A stretch of DNA of 64,000 bases from the NCBI RefSeq assembly GCF_009914755.1, contig NC_060927.1, one strand, 5' to 3'. The translations under genes were made by a program, and so were the position numbers. Position 1 is the stretch's first letter. The number at the start of each line of letters is the position of its first letter. The DNA is from the human T2T-CHM13v2.0 reference genome, Homo sapiens. The notes under the pieces are model-generated. The model was not told where the DNA came from. It was given only the letters and a program-made list of their open reading frames with translations, and did not search any database. Below are positions 27,923-40,810 of the stretch, piece by piece.

Positions 27923-28396
27923 AAGCAAATATTTCTTGCTATCATTCCTGTGTCATTTGGTATTGGTAGACTAGACTCAGTTTGTTAGAAAAAATGACCA
28001 AAACTTGGAAGTCTGGTGAAGGGAGGGTTGCATATACTCTTAGAGCCATATTAGATCACAAACATTTTTTAATAAGCCCACGAAAGGAGTGCTTAGTTAT
28101 CTATAGTATACCATTGTTTGACTTAATATTTACTATAAAGTTCCAGCTTGTGTGAACTTACATGTTAACTTGTGGATTTTTGTCTAGCAGAGATACAAGT
28201 CATTATTTGCTTGTAGAAAAAGTATCCCAAAGGTTATGTTAGCCATCTTATGCCTACATCCTTTTTTCACTGTGTATATAACCCTTATTCTAATAATTCT
28301 CCTTTGAATCACCTTTTCATTCCTGTTGACCACTTCATTAATGAGGAGAGCCAGTGTTATAATATTTGTATAAAAATCATACTTTTAACTATTTGA

Positions 28397-28571
28397 ATAT
28401 TATTATTGTTATTATTGTTTCTTAGGGACAGGGTATCAGTCTGTCATCCAGGCCTGAAAGCAGTGTCACCATCATAGCTCACTGCAGCTTTGAACTCCTG
28501 GTCCCAAGTGATCCTCCGACCTGGGCCTCCCAAAGCTCTGGGATTACAGGCATGAGCCACCACTCTCGGCC
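28397..28571 (-). mobile_element. Alu monomer (FRAM-like) with TSD
   Basis: Single arm containing GCTGCAGTGAGCTATGAT (reverse); TSD AACTATTTGA at 28387-28396 and 28572-28581. Confidence 0.9.
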
Positions 28572-29236
28572 AACTATTTGATAATTATACTTTGATATGT
28601 GGCATGCGCAGACAAGATTATTTGAGAACACTGATTGTTCCAGATTAGCTGAATAACTGTGAGCACATCCACAAGGCAGAATTTAGGATGTTGACATTAA
28701 ATTGAAAATAAAAGAGGACTTCAGAATGCTGAGAGAAAAGTATGATTTTTTCTTCTTAAGATTGAAAAAAATAACATCTATTAGTTTAAATAAAACCTAT
28801 CCACTCAACAAATATTGATTTAGAGACTAGTAATTGTTTCTTAAATCGTAAGACAACTTTTCACTGAAGATCTGGTCAGAGAGTTGGGTTAAATATCTTC
28901 AAATCAAAACTATTTCATCCAGTTCTTCGGGTGAAAGCAAATCAGGACACAGAAGCATAGGAATATTACATATACATTATATTGATATATAATATATTAT
29001 TTATTATATAATATACATAATATACAACTGAATTCCAACTGTAAATTATAGAAATTTGATAAGAAAATTAGATAATTTCACATAGTAAGATCAGACTTTA
29101 GTTTTCATTGCATTATTGAAACATGAATGAAATATAACAAAGAATGAGTACAACCAAATCTCTTAACAAACTTAATGTAGGCTCAAGAAAACATTTTTGA
29201 AAAAAGCCCGGTATCTCCCCAGTGGAAAGATAGAGT

Positions 29237-29265
29237 TGTGTGTGTGTGTGTCTATGTGTGTGTGT
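29237..29265. repeat. Interrupted (TG)n
   Basis: TGTGTGTGTGTGTGTCTATGTGTGTGTGT. Confidence 0.9.
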
Positions 29266-29329
29266 AGTAGTAAATTTGGGACAAAATGATGGGTAGGAAA
29301 GGAAACACGAAGGATACTGCCACCTTCTG

Positions 29330-29530
29330 AGTGTTTTATGGCCACCTCTGCGAGGAGTTCTTAAAAAAAATCAAGTATTTAATACTTACTATATGAAAAC
29401 ATACATTATTGTCATTAACACAGATAAAGCTAAGAGAGGTTAATTTTCTTTATTAGGGTTATGCAACAGCTGATGCAGAGCCAGAATTCAAATTTATTTC
29501 TAACTCCAATATTTGTATTTTAGGTTTTCT
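29330..29530 (-). mobile_element. MIR SINE
   Basis: CACAGATAAAGCTAAGAGAGGTTAA...GCAGAGCCAGAATTCAAAT...CTAACTCCAA. Confidence 0.6.
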
Positions 29531-29631
29531 ATTAAAGGATATTGCCTCTCAAAATGAAATTGACATTATTGGTGGATATTCAGAATTCTGGTTGATTTCA
29601 CAAGTTGTAAGTTACAACTATGACCTTTCTG

Positions 29632-29790
29632 GGATAGCACATGGTTTGATGGGAAAAGTATAGAACATTTATTTCTAGTACCGCATTGCCCTGAAAACAC
29701 CATGTGACCTTTGGAATGTCACTTTTTGCTTTTTAGGCCTCAGTTACCAAATCTATAAAATGAGTTTATCAGACCAAATGAATAGACTCA
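29632..29790 (+). mobile_element. MIR (MIR3/MIRc-like)
   Basis: CATGTGACCTTTGGAATGTCACTT...GGCCTCAGTTACCAAATCTATAAAATGAG. Confidence 0.7.
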
Positions 29791-31326
29791 TAACTGTGGT
29801 TCATAGTATTGGTTTTGCGGTAAAGTAGTTCAACCGTATTTCATTCAAAAGACATTTATTGGAGTGTATAATGTAAATAAATCTGAGATGCCCTTATTTG
29901 GAAGATGGCAATTACTTTCTGTACCCCTAAGAAAGAATGAAAATTTATTACTTAAACTCTGACATAATGCCTTATTATTGGTGTTTTATTTCATACCTTG
30001 TAAGGAAAACTTTTAAAGCCTTATTTAGAAATAGATATTTTTACTATATATCACCTGTTCCTTTACAAATAGAAAAGTACCAGAAAAATAAATTTGGTTA
30101 AGGTTTTCTTAAAACATCTTTCCCATTTAGAGTTCAATTTTTCTGGATAACTTTTAGACTCAACTTTTACGTATTTCTCCACACATTAGCATCTTCTAAT
30201 GCTTCACAACTGTTGGTAATAAAGCATTACTTAAATGAATGTTGTATTATGTCCTTGAGGTTTTCTTAGAAGCCAGTGATATATTGTACTCAAGTTTTGA
30301 TGCTGGGAGATATGTAAGTATGCATACACACTTATGTGTTTATAAATGTGAGTTGTGGGTATATATGTTCTATATTTCCACATTATGAGCAACTAAGGGA
30401 GAACACTTGGATATCGTTCACGTTGATGTTTCTTCCAACACTCACTACATTATTATTCACATAAAAAGAACTAGGAAAATTTTGATGGCAGAAAATAGAG
30501 CTAAAATATCTTATTCTTATTTTACAAGTTTCTAACTATTTGGTTTCATGTGTAAAAATAAGCCACATTAACTAGGGTGAATTTTCTATATCTACTGAAA
30601 ATGTATTTCTAAATGTTTACCATATATTAACAATAAAAACAATTAGGATAGTAAATGGCAAACAGTATCAGTGAAGGAAAATTTTTCCTTAGAAAAGATC
30701 ATTTAAAACTACATTATTTCATGAAGTTCTGCTGTGTTATTTGTTGATATCTGACTAATTAAATGCAAATTATCAAGGAACCATCTGCCAGGCTCATTCC
30801 CAGCGATCAATTGGGTAAATAAAGGTAACAAAACGGTGTGTTTGGTTTTGCATCTAACACAGTATTTGTTTTATTACCATCATTTTAAAGCTGGATTTTT
30901 ATTGCCATTTTATGTGCCTTGTAATTTGTACATTAAAAATAAGGGTTTCAAAAATAATGATCATTTTGCATTTAATTCAACAGAAATGAAGTGCATAAAA
31001 GCTTGTTTTGATTGAATACTGAATCAGATTCCAAAATTCTAAGTGTCCCAACACAGGCCAGTCTCCCCAAACACTCATGTAATAATTCTGAGTTACATTG
31101 GAAATAATTTGCTTAACCATGTCAAGCACATGAGCTTGTGTGTTCTAGAACAAGTTGTCCCAAATGGCTATACTTCAGCGTATCAAAAAAATCATTTCTC
31201 TCAACTTACTGGTTTATAACATGGAAAGCAGAGTCAGCCTTCTACCTGGTGTACCTGCTATTATTAATTACTTTGTCCAATTCTAGGAATTTCGCAATGA
31301 GTCCTCTGACGTGAATGCTATTTTTG

Positions 31327-31387
<61 letters not shown>

Positions 31388-31400
31388 AAGAGAGAGAGAG
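31327..31400. repeat. Compound (CA)n(GA)n microsatellite
   Basis: About 14 CA units followed by a GA/GAAA run. Confidence 0.97.
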
Positions 31401-31437
31401 AATATTTTAAAGGGATGGTATAACATAAGAACCCAAT

Positions 31438-31690
31438 GGAGAGCATAATGTAACATGAGGTTATAAGAGCAGACTCTGGAGCGAATTTCTGAGTTCAAAT
31501 CGTGTCTCAACCATTTACTAGCTTTTTGACCTTAGGAAAGTTACTTAACTTCTCTTGTCCTCAGTTTTCTTATCTGTAAAATGGGTTAATTAATAGTACC
31601 TAACATATAGGAGTGCTTCAAGAGAAAACTAATATTTATAAAGCACTTAGAATTCTACCTGCTACATATTAAATACCATATTATTTGTGT
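31438..31690 (+). mobile_element. MIR SINE, near full length
   Basis: GACTCTGGAG...GAGTTCAAATC...TGACCTTAGGAAAGTTACTTAACTTCTC...CTCAGTTTTCTTATCTGTAAAATGGG. Confidence 0.92.
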
Positions 31691-31712
31691 AATTTAAAAT
31701 ATATAACATATA

Positions 31713-32830
31713 TTTATTAATTGAGTTATGTTTTCTTACTATTGATTTGTTTCTAATATGTTTTAGATATTAACCCCTTCTCAGATGTTTAGTTTGCAAA
31801 TCTTTTCTTCCATTCTATTGTTTGTCTCTTCATTCTGTTGACTCTTTCTTTTGCCATGCAGAAGCTTATTAGTTTGATGTAATTTCATTTGTCTGTTTTT
31901 TTTTTTTTTGGTGAAGACCTGTAGGTCACAAATGGCCGAAAAGTATATAAAAAATGCTCAACATCACTAATTATCTGATACTTTAAAGTTAAAACCAAAG
32001 TAAAATATTCCCTCACACCTGTTAGAATGGCTATTATAAAAAGATGATATTTAATAAGTATTGGTAAAGATGTGGAGAAAATGGACGAATTGTACACTGT
32101 TTGTGGGAATGTAAATTAATACAGCTATTATGAAAAACAGTATGGAAATGCCTCAGAAAGTGAAAACTGGAACTTCCAAGTGATCTGGTAATCCTACTAC
32201 TGGGTATCCAAAGAAAATGAAATCAGTATGTCAAATAAGATATCTGCTCCCCTACGTTCATTGCAGCATTATTCACAATAGACAAGATATGGAATCAATC
32301 TAAGTGGCCATCAATGTATACATGAATAAAGAAAATATGGTGTATATACATGATAAAATACTATTTAGCCTGAAAAGTTGTGAATCCTATCATGTGTGAC
32401 GGCATGACATAACATGGAATACATTATGTTAACTGAAATAAGTCAGGCACTGACAAACAAATACAACATGATCCCACTTAAATGTGAAATCTAAAAAAGT
32501 TGAACTCTTAGAAACAAAATATAATGGTGGTTACCAGAAGCTTACGTGGATGGGGTTCAAGGAGATATTGGTCAGAGGACATGATATTTTAGTTAGACTG
32601 GAGAAATAAGTTCAAGAGATATGCTATACAATATCATGATTACAGTTAATAACCATGTATTATATGCTTGAAAATTGCCTTGGGTGTACATTTTCAGTGT
32701 TCTCCCCACACACACAAAAAATATGTGAAGTAATGCATATGTTAATTAGCATAATTTAGCCATTCCACAATGTATACATATTTCAAAACATTATGTTGTA
32801 CACCATAGGCAATTTTTACCTGTCATTAAT
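31713..32830 (+). mobile_element. L1MA (about MA7-9) 3' end with inverted 5' segment (31713-31909)
   Basis: Antisense ORF2 piece followed by sense ORF2 end and 3'UTR (GGAGATATTGGTCAGAGGA...TAAGTTCAAGAGAT...GCCATTCCACAATGTATACAT). Confidence 0.88.
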
Positions 32831-32837
32831 GATAACT

Positions 32838-32872
32838 CACACACACACACACACACACGTGCTCACACACAT
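32838..32872. repeat. (CA)n microsatellite at L1 tail
   Basis: CACACACACACACACACACACGTGCTCACACAC. Confidence 0.9.
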
Positions 32873-34914
32873 GCATTTCTATGAGAAGTCCCATCACTTG
32901 CTGGAAGATTTTGCAGATCCCTGATGAATATGTGACAGAATATCTACCTGTTTTATTCTCTATTTTCTTCTCTTACCTCCTATAAATAAACCTTTTTGCT
33001 ATGACTCAAAAACTTTATTACAATGCATAAATGTGTATATAATGTCCATTAGCTGATTAATTCAATGAAACCTAAATCTAGCCATACACACATTGAAAGT
33101 CAAACTCACTGAGAACAAGTAGAATTGAGTGGATATCACCAAGTTTCAGTAGGAAGCCAGTCTTACCTAAACTGTCTCCCTCAGATATTCCTATTGAGAA
33201 GTTTCTGAGGAAGGCTACAGTAATGAAAGTATTCACAAAGTCCTAAAATGTTGCCAGTAATCAGTCAGCATAGTGACCACTGATCCAGCTCAAACTCAGT
33301 TATCTTCACTAGCTAAATCCTGTTACATGGCTTAACAAGGAGCACTGACTTTGAATCTGGGTCATAAAGGGAATTCACAGTGAACTTTTACAAATGTTGC
33401 AGACTCAGCAGGATCCAAATAAAGAAAGTCATAGATTATGTCTCTCCCTTTGAATTGGAAAATTGGTACAATTTTCCGTATTGCCTAAGTATCCTGATAC
33501 TTGCTTTCTTTTACGAATAGAATTGATTTCCAATGCAATTTCATCCACCTTTGTTTCTTTTATCATACGTTAAACATGGATAAGAGTCTCTTAAGAGTGT
33601 ACACATTTTTAGAATGGAAAGACAATTCAGTACTTAATAGGTGAGGCTACTGGGTGTCTTCTCATTGACCTCAGAGTGTCTCATTAGTTCCCATTAGTCT
33701 CCAGCCTCATTAAAGTAATGGATATAATGCAAATAGATTTCACGGAACAGCTCTGCAAAAGTTCAATTGTCCCATTTTACTATTGGTGTATTTACATATT
33801 AAGTTACACATTAACCTGTATAGTAGTGTGTGTTTTCCACACTGTATACCTTGGAGTATTAGTTCTGTGTAATATGAAGAAGTGTTATGAGGAAAAAATG
33901 CAGTCACATTTGTTTGAAAAACTGAGTTCAATCAAGAGATACAGGTTTTTTTTTTTCTATTGTTATTGTTGTTTTTACTGTTGGACTTCTCAAAACCATG
34001 TTAATATGCATGGTCAGTCTTCAATGAAGAGATGCAGTAAGCCGTATTCCCAATGTTTTGACCACTTTTTTTTTTTTTTTAACTTAGACGATTTCTCAGA
34101 ACTGGTGTTCTCTTGTACACAGTTTGGGAATGACTGCTTGGTACACTTGTTGTTATTTCTGAAAATTGATATTAAAATAATAATTTATGTACTACCACTT
34201 GAATTCTTTTATCAGTTAATCCTTCTTCCTTCTTGCAGATAGTGGAGGGCTAAGAAAAGCAGGAAGTCATGAATGATTGAGAAACAAATAAATGCCACTT
34301 ATCTCATTCCTCCCCTGGGAAAAAAGAACAGCTTTGAAATTTACTGTATCTGTCACCAATGGAGAAATTGATAGTATTGAGTATATTTAAAAGAAAAGCT
34401 ATTAGCAAGATCAGTTAGGACTGCCTGAGTGAATTTCCAACTGTTTTCCCCATACTAATGCTAAGCCATTGCTAGAATTCCTTCTATGTGGCAGTGAAAA
34501 CGTAAAATGATGTCTTCCCATTACAAATCAAATGAGGACAAGTGAGTAGTTATTGTAGGAAGCCAGCTTCGGGATTAATATGAGGGAAAGTTTGCAAACA
34601 TAGAAGAACGGACATTGTTAAAAGATGTAACAGAGTAGATTAAATGCTATGACTGTATGATCCAAAACCAGGCAACCATATCCATGGCTATAAAATATTC
34701 CAATTGGAAGGGAACTTAGGATAATAGTGGATGGATTTCAGCTTTTATACCAAGTCCAATCAATTGTAGAAGCTTTCTGAGTGCTATGTTGAGGGAAATC
34801 CATATCTCAGTGGGAATGAATAGCATGATCAATTAGCAAAAGATCCTATTTTTAGGAATTGGAGATTTGGCAGCATAGGGATCACCTACTTGCCATTCTT
34901 GATTTAGTTCAATT

Positions 34915-35030
34915 GTGCATTTTGCAAGTCGGCTGTTGTGATGCACAGAAGCTGTGTAACTTACTCAAAGTTATAGCACTAGCTAAGGTTAGAGCCAAAA
35001 TTTGAGCCAGGTGTTTGCATCCCGAGTCTT
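34915..35030 (-). mobile_element. MIR fragment
   Basis: GCACAGAAGCTGTGTAACTTACTCAAAGTTATAGCACTAGCTAAG...AGAGCCAAAATTTGAGCCAGG. Confidence 0.65.
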
Positions 35031-35051
35031 TTTCAAAAATAGGCTTTGCTC

Positions 35052-35403
<352 letters not shown>

Positions 35404-35978
35404 TTAAAATTTTAAAGAAGACATTCAATGATACAACACTAACATTCACTCATCACATTAGGGCTGTTGAGAATGTCTTCTTGGAACCAAAGCAGTCAGT
35501 CACACAACACATATGGAGCTGTAGGCTGAATAAAACTGCAAGAGTCATTCTGACTTGCAGAGCAAGCCAGGGTGGAAATTGGACATGTTATTATATTTGA
35601 TAAAGAAGGCAATGTTGAAAGACAGAGAAATGTCCTTGTGTAGCAAAAAAAAATTTGAAATATCATATTTTTGCTTTTGCCTTAGTGCTGTCTTTAAAAT
35701 TTTAGACTCTTGACTAAACAATTAAAAATGAACTTGATACCCCTTATAGCAGCTGTGCATACACAACAGGAGCTACTCAGAAATATGCCTTAGAAAGCTT
35801 TCTTTGAAGTGTTTCTTTACCACTTTCTTTTTCTTTGGGTTCAAATTAAATAGAATATCAGCCGTCCACTTATCTTAATGACAATTATTGTGAATTAGAC
35901 ACTGAGTAGAATACAGTGACAAAGAATTGTAGGCTTTTGCCAAATGGAGTGGAAAACAGTAGGAAAATATGATATTCT

Positions 35979-36325
<347 letters not shown>

Positions 36326-36599
36326 TTATATATACAAATATAGTGCTCAGTAAACATTAATACAATGTGAGTTTTCTAATTAATAATTATGCCTTTTCCA
36401 GATTGTCCAAGTCACTAGAAGCCTGAATTTTCACAATGACTGCTATTGTCTTTTGTCATGGAATCGAAACCTTAGTTTTAATCTCATTAACTCCCTGGCC
36501 CAGTCTTCTACTAATAGGATAAAATAAAGCATGGTTAAAAGAAAAAAAGCGGACAGAAATATCTCACATATAGAATACATAAGGCCTTATCCATAACAT

Positions 36600-36755
36600 T
36601 AGAGAAATTTAGAGCTACAATGGACTATTTAAAGACTAATTTAAACTTTTCCAAATAAGTAAATTGACACCGCAGAAGTTATAGGGACTTGTGCAAAGCG
36701 CTTGGTTCAGTGTGCTGAAGATAAAGCTGAAACTTAGTGTTCTTTCCATTTACCC
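36600..36755 (-). mobile_element. MIR (MIRc-like) fragment
   Basis: TTTCCAAATAAGTAAATTGACACCGCAGAAGTTATAGGGACTTGTGCAAAG...GTTCTTTCCATT. Confidence 0.5.
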
Positions 36756-38179
36756 AATAGGATGACCTAAAATGATAAAATCATAAAATGGTGTAAACAA
36801 ATTCCATCCTCATAGGGCATCTGCACTGGCAATAATTTGGAAGATCAAAATCACATTTTCTTCTTCATTATTCTACAAGGAATGTGAACTGACAAAATGT
36901 GAAAACTTTTTAGAATATAGGCTTTCTATTACAATTGCTGAAATAGTTGAACATTCAGGTTGTTAATTTTTGAAGACACAGCTATTTCCAAACTGTTTTT
37001 ATTTTTGTTATGTTTTATCACTTAGTTTTTTACACATCATGAAGATTAAGGTCTTTGTAATTTAAAAATTATGCAACAGCTGCTGAAAACTGCCTCTTAC
37101 ACTGGAACATGAAATTTATATTAGGAAAATACCTATTACTTGCTATAAAATATGTATGAGGCTCTGTAGCCAACTTTGTAAAATGGAATTTCTCCTCAAA
37201 GCAAAATGGAATGGTTACTTTGCTTGGGGGATCCACTGTTAAAGGAGTATGGTATTGATATGTGTTAAGTATTGTTCTATGACATGAATAAAGAATACAA
37301 CCATACATTGTGATACTCAGTATTGTGGAATTATTTCTACACCATTTTATTATTTAGATACTTATACACTGACTTTTGCAGCTGGGCTTGTTTTTACGGC
37401 ATAATTGTTTAGATACAGATGACAAAATGTATATTTATAATTAATTTGGTTCTGTGTGCTTCTACAAATACCACACCCACAACTACTGTCAACAAGAAAA
37501 AAATTAGAATATTTAGGGTATTTGATTTTTATGACACATGACAAAAAGTTGGCTGTTGTCGGTGATTTACCTTAAAAAGTTGTTTCTTAGAGCATTTCAC
37601 AAAAATAGAAAAAAAATTGTTTTAATTACACTTTGTCCCAGTTCTTAACTGTATAAGATGCAGAGGGTTTTTATTACTATATTTGAAACCAAGACTCAGG
37701 ATGGTTAAAGAACCTGACCAGCTTCTTTCCATTTCTTCACAAAACAAGCAAATCAATCTTTCTAAAATATGTATCTTAAAATGTCATCGATACACTGTAA
37801 AATTTTCATTTCTTATGGCCAGCTGAATGGAGGTCAAGTAATTAAGCTCACTTTCATATTTAAAGTCTTCTTCCTCAGAGAGACCTCAAAAACTTTGCAG
37901 CTCTTTCTAACTCTGTTTCTGTAGATCGACCTCACACTCCACACCCCCAGCTAGACATTTATTTTTGTCTTATCTTTTCTTCTTTGTTTGCCCAGGAAAG
38001 AATAACCCTGTTCATCATCATCTTTTACAGTTATTCTCATCATTTCAAGGGCATCTCAAATGTTTTGATTCTTCAACAGTCTGGTTCATTCTCATCATAT
38101 GTGACTAGATATGTTTTTGGAGTGTGGTAGTGGTGGGTAGCATGCTCCTGATAATCTCTCTTCATTCCTGAATTCCAGT

Positions 38180-38408
38180 ACAAGGTACTGGTCAACATAT
38201 CAGAGGTGGAGTCCCACTGCCTGGGTCTAAATCCCAAATCTGCGTTTGATTAGCTGTGTGATTTAGGGTAAGTTATTTTACCTCTTTGTGCCTCAGTTTC
38301 CTGAAGTTGATAAAGGGGATACTAACAGTAGCTATTTTACATATTTTAAAGATATGTAATTGTAGTGCGCTGCCCACAGTCGATGATCAGTTAATGTTAG
38401 TTATTATG
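38180..38408 (+). mobile_element. MIR SINE
   Basis: GCCTGGGTCTAAATCCC...AGCTGTGTGATTTAGGGTAAGTTATTTTACCTCTTTGTGCCTCAGTTTCCT. Confidence 0.88.
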
Positions 38409-40273
38409 GTGGAAGAATAAAATTAATACTTATTATATAATCATAATGATCTAGCATGCTTCACCTCCTGGCTGCTTTTAAGAAATAAGATACCCTTATA
38501 TGTGTGTCGCTAAGCAGAATTTATACATTCTTTTCATTCCTATAGATTGAAACTACTATTTTAAATTTAAATTTAGTACTTTAAATAAGTACCATCACAT
38601 GCCTTAAGTCACAATACTTAAAATCATAGCCAAATTATTGATCTCATATACAAAAGTGAGAAAGACTTTCTCACTTCTGTCTACATTTAATCTGCATCAT
38701 TTTCCTTTCATTATATGCTTAGAAGACTATGTCAGTAATGCCTCCTGTTTGGAGAATTTCCAGCAATATATTAAGGAGTTCATGCAAAAATTTACAGAAA
38801 TATTTACCATTTAGTGATATACTTTCAGTTTTAAAATAAAACATTGTGTTGATGGAAAGGCTTGACTTCTTCTTAGAAAACAGGATGTGCTATTTATCAA
38901 ATTCCATTTAAGTTTAGCTATTTGGTAATGGATTATGGATTCTGAATGATGCAAGGAGTTATATTCTTCACTGGTAGAAAGTCATTGGGTCAATATATTT
39001 ACCGTAAAGCAGGTAATAGATGTCCTTTATTATCTATAACTATGCCAGTTTGTCTCTCGTTCTCATCAAGTGTAAGCAGTATCATTGGGCAGGATTCTGA
39101 TATGACTTGATGATTTAGGAAATCAGTAATAACACAATTAAAATTACATCACACACAACACGAAAAAATTATGCATCACTTTGTTTATAATGTTTCTAAA
39201 AAACTTCCGAGTTTGGGTTAATTGAAAAAGGTATTTAATAAAGGGGTGTCAAATTTGCAAAATGTTCTCACCACTTAATTGGTGGAAGGTTCATATAACT
39301 ACTGATTATTAGGTAAAATGTATAGTAAATCTAAAAACATAAACACAGCATTATGCATTTAATTCAACTTTTATTGTTGTCAGAATATGTGCCAGAAATA
39401 TTCCAATCCATTAACAAGGTTCCAAAATATCTCCAGCTGGCTGAATAGTGGGGTCATTCAAACCCCTAAAAAGTTACTACATACTCCTGTCTGTTTTGGC
39501 CTTCTTATTATGTTTTTTCCTTTTATTATACTTTGTGCAGAGCTTAATTTCTGCTCCATTGGACTTAAATTGTTGCACTAACTTTAAATATTTGCTAATT
39601 TTATCAGAAACTAGATGTAAGGTGATTTTAGCAGAGAAACGTAGCTTGTTAATAAAATTCGTACCAATTCTGGAGTACAAGTTTGATCCTCTTAAAATAA
39701 CAAGCAGTTTGTGTGGAATATTGAAGTATATTTTATCATCAGCGAAGTTAATAACTCTGCTTAGTTTGATATTTTCTGTGTATATATACATTTTTATAGC
39801 TTTACCAAAACAGAGCTTACACTAGACCGTGGTTTCTTTTTCCTCCTTCCAATTACTATGTGTTCTTAAATGTGACAAAAATACCTTTGCTTTTTGAGTT
39901 CAGTAATTAAGAGGTTTAACTACTTCAAGCTGACCTCCCTGCAACGAGTGCAAATTAGTGAGATTAAAATGAGATTGCTTCTCTGTGTTCTCTCGGTTTA
40001 CATGCAAGTTTTACCACACCTCATTAGTTAGATAGTTCATTGCAGCGAAGTGCTATCTTGTACGTTTTCAGAGAAAACCTGGCTTGATCAATTAGTCTTG
40101 GTAGGTCTTTCTGATCTCTTAAAAATAATTTTGAAATAAAACTGGCATGTGTGAAAATTATCCATTGATATTTTATTAAATTTCTACTACATGTACGTAC
40201 TTTAACTCAGTCATTAACTCTTTCTTTTTAAATATTATTTAAGAATAAAGAAGAAACTTGTTTAAAATATGGT

Positions 40274-40660
40274 GTCACAGTCAGAGTACACTGATTTATG
40301 CTACAATTTCCAAGATCTCAGTGGTTTGAAACTCTTAAAATTTTTCTTTTTCTTTCTCAAGCTTCATGTACAACAAAGGGTGGCAAGGTAGTCTGTTCTC
40401 ATGGTAGTTACTCAAGGACTCAAGAGAAAACTCTTTATCTTACATAATTGCTACAGTTGGAAAAAAAGATTCATGGTTAATCAATACTGGCTTTGATAAT
40501 TCCACCTAAAAATTGATACATGTAACTTCTGCTCCCATTACAGTGGCCAAAGCCATGCCTAATTTCAAAGGGGCTAGTCAAACATACTTCTACTATGTGT
40601 TTGAAAAACAAACAAACAAAAACCTACGATTTTTCTCATTGATCACCAAATAAACAATAC
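40274..40660 (-). mobile_element. Old MaLR LTR (MLT1I/J/K-like)
   Basis: AAGATCTCAGTGGTTTGAAAC...GTTACTCAAGGACTCAAG...ACTTCTGCTCCCATTACAGTGGCCAAAGC...TAATTTCAAAGGGGC. Confidence 0.75.
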
Positions 40661-40714
40661 GCCTTTCTGGCCATCATATATTTGATATACTCTCTTTTTC
40701 TCCTAAATAAATGT

Positions 40715-40810
40715 ACACACTCACACACACACGCGCGTGCGCACACACATACACACTGACACAGGCACACACCACTGCCACCGCCACCACCACCACCACC
40801 ACCATCACCC
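40715..40810. repeat. (CA)/(CG) alternating tract followed by (CCA)n
   Basis: ACACACACACGCGCGTGCGCACACAC...CCACCGCCACCACCACCACCACCACCATCACC. Confidence 0.9.

Noticed and set aside
39387-39825. Overlapping 125-aa (+) and 104-aa (-) ORFs
   Set aside because: Composition mirrors AT-rich DNA (L/I/F/K); no recognisable domain or convincing splice context
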